NCBI RefSeq assembly: GCF_018398935.1
Contig: NZ_CP074694.1
Coordinates: 420,001-452,000, forward strand
Reading direction: 5' to 3'
Length of the DNA stretch: 32,000 bases
Origin: Telmatocola sphagniphila
GTDB lineage: Bacteria > Planctomycetota > Planctomycetia > Gemmatales > Gemmataceae
This document shows, piece by piece, positions 26,984 through 32,000 of this stretch (position 1 is its first letter; each line of letters begins with the position of its first letter). Position numbers and translations under genes: made by a program. The notes beneath the pieces were generated by a model. That model saw only the letters and a list, made by a program, of their open reading frames with translations. It searched no databases and was not told the origin of the DNA.

Positions 26984-28407
26984 GGCTCTTCCGTTTCTAG
27001 GTGTAGCATCCAGAGAAATGCTTCTGTATCTGGTTGACGAAGCCGCGAATCTCCGGAATGGTCGGCCCTAATTTTTTCGCAGCCCAATTCACGTCCAGGA
27101 GTATTCTCGTCCAGAGCGTAGTTAGACTCTGAATTCCATAACTCCGACGTAGCACTACCCGAATCTTGGTATTGAGTCCTTCCACCGGGCCGCTGCTTTT
27201 GCGTTCCTCGAAGTAGGCTAAGATCCCCTCCCAGTTATTCTTGAGCATCGTGATGAACGGCTCCCAATCCATCTCGGTCTCGCGGGCCTGGACGATCCAA
27301 TCTTCCAACAGTCGCGAGGCTTCGGCTCGGTTCGGGGCACTATCGAAGATCTTGGTCGCCTCCCAACGCAGATGGTAGATCGTTCCCAACGAAGGCACCT
27401 TCTCGAACAAATCCTCGAGGGCCTGGACCTGCTCCGGATTTAAATCCTCCGGACGACGCCGGAAGTCGTGCATCTGAGAACGCAGCTTCTTGCGGGCTTC
27501 CCCGCTCAAACTTCGCTTGTAGGCTCGATAGTTTTTTTTCGCAGATCGTCCGCCACCTCACCCAATTTCTTGGCGACGTGAAAGCGATCTATCACCGACT
27601 GGCTGTTGGGTAAATGCACGCCGCAAGCCTTCAAATACGCCGGGCTCATGTCCGTATGATGCCAACGCACCGCCGACCGTTGCTCGGCCGACAAATGCTC
27701 CAAACACGCTCGCCCCGCTGCTTCGTCGCGACCCTTGGACAGAGCCAGAATCTCCGGACGCTCCGCATTCGTCAGGTCTGTGAGAATGGTCGCATATCCC
27801 TTATGCCCCTTATGCAGGCTGATCTCATCCAGACCCAAACGCTCGATCTTCCGCTGGGGATCGATCTGCTTCGCCTTGGCGTCCTCTATCCGGTTCTTGA
27901 CGATTCGCTCCACCGTTTCCGCGGCGATCCCCAAACGCACTGCCACGTCTTCGGCTGTGCTCCCGATCAGACTGACCAGCACCTGCTCCTCGAAACGAAA
28001 CGTATATTTCACATCCCGACGCTTGAACGGCGGCAACAGCGATTGACGGTGACCGCACGACGGGCAGCGGTGATACACCTCCTGGTACACGAAAAAGCTC
28101 GGCTTACCCCACAAATCCAGATCGCGGATGCTCAGAAACTTGTTCTTCTCCACCAATTGAAGCCGAGACTCTCGCGTGCAAGTCTCGCAACAAAGATTGT
28201 CGGGCAACTCCCAACTCACGTGAAAGGCGTGGCCCCCGTCGACGCGTTCGTATTCGCCAACGCTCACTCCGGCAGGGACGTCCATGTCTATGGCAATGGT
28301 AGTCGTCGTCATCGGCTCTTCCGTGATCCAGGTAAAGGGTACTCTCAATTGCAATCTATCCCTGTAGGACACTTTCGCCGAGAGTTGCGCCTAAAAACGG
28401 AAGAGCC
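26984..28407 (-). mobile_element. ISL3-family insertion sequence, copy 2 (frameshifted, no TSD)
   Basis: It has the same GGCTCTTCCGTTT... termini as copy 1. The flanks are AAAAAAGG (26976-26983) and AAAATTCC (28408-28415), which do not match. Confidence 0.9.
26997..28372 (-). pseudogene. ISL3-family transposase split by a +2 insertion in a homopolymer
   Basis: ORFs 27506..28372 and 26997..27509 together equal the copy 1 protein, with 8 aa substitutions. The plus-strand T-run is 8 nt here (27532-27539) and 6 nt in copy 1 (13397-13402). Confidence 0.85.
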
Positions 28408-28525
28408 AAAATTCCGATTCCAGGCGAGGCAAAACAGAACTATCACAAAAATTACATTTCTTCAATGGTATTGGAGATTATTCAACGGCTTTGTCAAAGC
28501 GAAGAGGAGTGACGCTCGTCTATAG

Positions 28526-29209
28526 CTATGATGTCCACCCCAATCTTGGTAATCCAACGAGTTTTCTTCCGAACTGAACACAAGCTCTAGAAAGCGATTC
28601 AATCGCTTTATTTTTTGTGGGATACTCTCGGTAATAGTAGCCTCTGCTTTGATGGACCGCATATTCATCTTCAATAAAAAGCCATAAGTATTGTGGCAAA
28701 AATTTGATGCAATCACCAAATTCAGGATGATACGTCCAGATCGATGTACCATCACTTCTAACAGCAGGCTGCTTGTCAGTAATAACAACGCGAGTTATCG
28801 GTTCGTTTTCGAATACACTTTGAGCATATTTATTAAATATAGTAGTTGTGCTTCGCATCTCGCTCACTAACCCATTATCGAACAAAAGGGATGGCGAGCG
28901 GCTACTAGTTCCAACAAACACTCTACTTTTGATCTTTAATTGATTCGAGTAATAAATATCTGCAAGATCTCTACTAAAAGCTGACTTCTTCTGTTGAAAT
29001 AAAGTTCGAATCAGCGAATCTAGATAAATCCTAGATGTTTGGCGTGTGGGTTTTTCTGACCAATTTAAATCATTAGAAATCATCTGCCGAATAAATTCCG
29101 CCCTATAAGGCTCACCGTTTTCTTCTAACCAGTCAGCAAACACTAATCGAAGCCCTCTATCTAGAGGATATTGGAGTATTAAATTAAGAAAATTTTCTTT
29201 TTCACACAT
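28526..29209 (-). CDS. TIGR02996-domain protein (Gemmata-type repeat-companion N-terminal domain)
   Basis: The N-terminus ..LILQYPLDRGLRLVFADWLEENGEPYRAEFIRQ.. is the characteristic TIGR02996 motif. The remaining 180 aa or so have no motif I recognise. The gene is AT-rich. Confidence 0.7.
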   Translation of the reverse strand: MCEKENFLNLILQYPLDRGLRLVFADWLEENGEPYRAEFIRQMISNDLNWSEKPTRQTSRIYLDSLIRTLFQQKKSAFSRDLADIYYSNQLKIKSRVFVGTSSRSPSLLFDNGLVSEMRSTTTIFNKYAQSVFENEPITRVVITDKQPAVRSDGTSIWTYHPEFGDCIKFLPQYLWLFIEDEYAVHQSRGYYYREYPTKNKAIESLSRACVQFGRKLVGLPRLGWTS

Positions 29210-29569
29210 ATAGCTTTCGGCTTCCTCATGCCAATTAGTGTGGACTCATTATCAATTTATAGAATATATATTTAGTAATCGCTGAAATCATTCGATCGAT
29301 TGAACTCGGTAGGACGTAACAGATTCTCTAAACACTCTTTTTTTGACAGCAGATCAGTAATTTCGGATTTTGTTAAGTCCGATTATTCTATTCTGCTTCT
29401 CTGTGATTGTCCACTTTCAGTGTTTGACAAATTTGATTATTGCAAAGATACGCAGATTTCATCCTAATTTATTTTAGGAGAAAGAGTTAAGAAACTCTAA
29501 AAACACCTGCGGTTTGGCGGCATTCAATAGATAAACTGGAATTCTGCTACAGTCCCAAGCCTGTACCCC

Positions 29570-31420
29570 TCACGTAATATTTGCCGTTTTTTGCGATTTA
29601 ATTCCTAGAGGAATTGGCCCTCTCTTGAACAAAAGATCGCCGTGATCGACGAGAGCACGGCGTAAAGCAATTCGATCGATACGGCGAGCTTCCTGCTCGA
29701 GCAACACCCCCGAAGGAGATTTTCCTTCCTCCTTCATAGCTCGGTTCCGATGGATTTCAACAAGCTCTCGGAACTGATCGCGAGATTCTGTTGCGACTCT
29801 CTCCCGACTTTTCCAAAGCGTCTCGGGAGTAGGACCCAGACCTCCTCTCGGTCGAGCCAAGGCATTGGCTTCCCGTCGAGCCGCCTCCACATCCTCAGCG
29901 TTCCACACTTCCGGATGGCCTTCCCAGGCAGCTCTACGTTCGATTCGACTTTTCAAAGATCCTATGCCCGCTTCGATCGCACCGTTATATTGTGGCCTCC
30001 TCGGCGGAGAGTACAAGCCGAACACGCCTTCTCGCTGCAAAAATTCTTGGACCACTTCGGCAATAAACGGAGAACCGTTATCCATTTTCAGTACCAGCGG
30101 GGCTCCCTCCCGGGTGATCAATGACCGAAGGGCCACAAGCGTTTCCTCGGCAGTTGCCGCCGCCACAGGCCAGGCTACCCGAGTTTGAAGACTCCGACGC
30201 ACTTCCGAGGCCGCCCCGAAGTAACGGTCCGCGGGCACCAGACCATCGATCCCCTGATGGGGCCTCTGGAAGTTGTAATGGTCTATGAATAACCCAATCC
30301 GACGCTGAGCATCCCCCATGTCGATGAAGATTGCACTCTCGATGCACTCACGCCACAAGGTTCCCCAGAACCGCTCGATCTTACCCAAAGTCTGCGGATG
30401 ACGCGGAGACGCTACTACCTGTCGAATGCCCCGTTTTTCGAGTTCCTTCGAGAAGGCACTTTTACCCCGCCAGGTCACATACTGCGTACCGTTGTCGGTG
30501 AGAATCTCCTCCGGCGTTCCATAAGAAGCCATGGAAGCTCGCAAGACCTCCAGCACCAAAGCCGATGACTGGCTCGCATGCAAGCCGTAGCCGACCAAAA
30601 ACCGACTGTGATCGTCCATGAACCCGACCAAATGAACGCGCCGATTCTGACGTTTTAACACAAATGTGAAAAGATCAGTTTGCCATAACTGATTCGGACG
30701 GGCCCGCTCGAAGGACCGCACCTTGTCCGGATGCCCTCGCGTCGGAGCCTGCTCCAGTTGATAACCGGCTTCATGCAGCACCCGGGCCACCGCCGAAGCA
30801 CTCGCCGGTAAAGCCGGACCTCGCAATAGCATGTCGCTAATCCGCTGACACCCCCATTCCGGATTCGATTTTTTGAGCATCAGGATTGTACGCTTGGTCA
30901 ACTCGTGAACGCGGCTGCCCGGAGGTTTGCCCCGCGGCTGATCCAACAATCCGGCCGGGCCAGAAATTTCAAACCGCTTCTTCCATGCGTAAAGCGTGTG
31001 TTTCGAGACGCCTACCAAAGGAGCAAAATCGCCGGCGGGCAAGCCGCTCCGCTGCCAGGTATCCAGCAACAAAATCCGCTGTTCCGCCGTCATCGCCGGC
31101 ACGGGTTCGGTCGGTTTTTTCACCAAACGCCGTCCCTTAACAGGTCCCCGAACCGATAACCTCGAGTGGAATTCCCTACGCTTCGAAAGGCTGGCTTCTA
31201 CCTCGGAATCCACGGAATCCGATAAATCCAGACCCGCATCGGGAAAGGACTCCGAAGTGGGGCGGGCTCCGCGTCGCTCCCCTTCGCTGCGGCTCAGGGC
31301 GCTCGGCTCCGCCCGCCCCACTTCGGCAGCCGCGGACAGCGGGTCCCTATCCTCCGTCGGACCAGCTCTCGGTTGTTCTTCTCTTTTCTCCGCAAATGCA
31401 TTCTGGTTGAATTCATCCAT
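29570..31420 (-). CDS. Chimeric DDE (rve) transposase ORF: an IS481-like transposase fused in frame to the C-terminal part of a second integrase-core domain
   Basis: 616 aa. HTH: LPAGDFAPLVGVSKHTLYAWKKRF. First complete catalytic core: LWQTDLF / LTDNGTQY / GKIERFW / HYNFQRPHQGIDG. Second partial core: AWPVAAATAEETLVAL...LKMDNGSPF-(35 aa)-E in YNGAIEAG. Confidence 0.75.
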   Translation of the reverse strand: MDEFNQNAFAEKREEQPRAGPTEDRDPLSAAAEVGRAEPSALSRSEGERRGARPTSESFPDAGLDLSDSVDSEVEASLSKRREFHSRLSVRGPVKGRRLVKKPTEPVPAMTAEQRILLLDTWQRSGLPAGDFAPLVGVSKHTLYAWKKRFEISGPAGLLDQPRGKPPGSRVHELTKRTILMLKKSNPEWGCQRISDMLLRGPALPASASAVARVLHEAGYQLEQAPTRGHPDKVRSFERARPNQLWQTDLFTFVLKRQNRRVHLVGFMDDHSRFLVGYGLHASQSSALVLEVLRASMASYGTPEEILTDNGTQYVTWRGKSAFSKELEKRGIRQVVASPRHPQTLGKIERFWGTLWRECIESAIFIDMGDAQRRIGLFIDHYNFQRPHQGIDGLVPADRYFGAASEVRRSLQTRVAWPVAAATAEETLVALRSLITREGAPLVLKMDNGSPFIAEVVQEFLQREGVFGLYSPPRRPQYNGAIEAGIGSLKSRIERRAAWEGHPEVWNAEDVEAARREANALARPRGGLGPTPETLWKSRERVATESRDQFRELVEIHRNRAMKEEGKSPSGVLLEQEARRIDRIALRRALVDHGDLLFKRGPIPLGIKSQKTANIT

Positions 31421-31462
31421 ATAGCCTCTCTTCTGGCGGTATTCCCGCCTAAGAAAGAGAAG

Positions 31463-31744
31463 GTAATTCCTATAGCGATTTAAACGGCTAAACCGGTAGA
31501 TATTTCAGGAAAGGGGACAGCCGTGATCACAGTCCTGGAGGCGCGGATCAGCGAACTCGAGCGGCAGCTGGGGCTGAACTCGACCAACTCATCGAAGCCG
31601 CCCTCCTCGGACGGCCCGAACGTCAAGCGTCCTCCCGCAAAGGCGAAATCGAAGAACAAGCGAGGCGGGCAACCGGGCGTTCCGAAGCACCAACGGCGTT
31701 GGGTGGCACTCAACGCCGTTACCCATAATTCACTTTCACACTAG
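31463..31744 (+). pseudogene. IS66-family 5' stub (IR plus the first 70 or so codons of the transposase)
   Basis: The GTG ORF 31523..31744 reads ..ARISELERQLGLNSTNSSKPPSSDGP...RGGQPGVPKHQR and then loses similarity and stops. A GTAATTCC... motif at 31463 could be the IS66-type (GTAA) end. Confidence 0.65.
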
Positions 31745-31896
31745 GAAGCGTGCGTTGTCTGCGTGGTTGATCTCGGGTGATTTCGGCAAAGTAGTTAAAC
31801 TTATTGAGGGGGTCTTTTATAAATGGCCTTGATGCGGAAGCATCCTTTTGAAATTCCGTTGTGACCAAACAAATGGATATCAAGAGGTAGCGATCA

Positions 31897-32000
31897 TGCC
31901 GCACCAAGGCCAAGGACGGTCTTTGAACAATGCTACTGCGTTGCGTCACTGCATAGAAACTTTAACTCGAGAGGCCGATTTTAGGCAAGTCCGCTTTCGT
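31897..32000 (+). CDS. Possible start of a gene that runs off the window
   Basis: The ATG at 31897 is preceded by AAGAGG (8 nt). The frame is open to the window end (MPHQGQGRSLNNATALRHCIETLTREADFRQVRF). It is too short to classify. Confidence 0.25.

Noticed and set aside
12849-28407. The ISL3-flanked segment, considered as a bona fide composite transposon
   Set aside because: The outer flanking 8-mers differ, copy 1 has its own private TSD, and copy 2 has none. I kept it only as a recombination substrate.
1-32000. Search for tRNA, rRNA, tmRNA, RNase P and CRISPR repeats
   Set aside because: I saw no T-arm/GTTCGA-type cloverleaf candidates with proper stems, no GAGGAAAGTCC P4 motif, and no regularly spaced short direct repeats by eye.

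Overview
This 32 kb window is an IS-riddled accessory region of a moderately GC-rich chromosome, most likely Planctomycetota (Gemmata-like). The taxonomic clues are a TIGR02996 'ADWLEENGEP-RAEFIR' protein, an ECF sigma factor next to a zf-HC2/Ser-Thr kinase, and a BlaR1-type M56 protease with about 10 carboxypeptidase-regulatory-like repeats.

At least eight IS-derived units from four families are present:
- IS66: one copy running off the left edge, one heavily mutated copy, one intact copy with 8-bp target-site duplications (TSDs), and one 5' stub.
- ISL3: two near-identical direct copies. One is intact with a perfect 8-bp TSD. The other is frameshifted in an A-run and has no TSD.
- IS630: one copy inserted at a TA inside a metallophosphoesterase gene.
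- IS481-like: one unit fused in frame to the C-terminal remnant of a second DDE transposase.

Between the IS elements lie:
- a decaying ECF sigma / anti-sigma-like kinase module;
- an intact blaI-blaR1-like pair with an ATGA overlap;
- a compact operon of uncharacterised genes, including DUF2199;
- a TetR-controlled cluster (YdhR-like, PNPOx-like, secreted alpha/beta hydrolase) marked by three copies of one 18-bp palindrome;
- a VOC-family gene;
- several strongly AT-rich blocks that abut 5'-truncated GC-rich genes.

I saw no rRNA, tRNA or CRISPR array. I found no recognisable novel multi-gene system. The most interesting signals are regulatory or mobile-element architecture and the AT-rich replacement blocks. 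All calls come from reading the sequence and ORF track by eye, with no database search.
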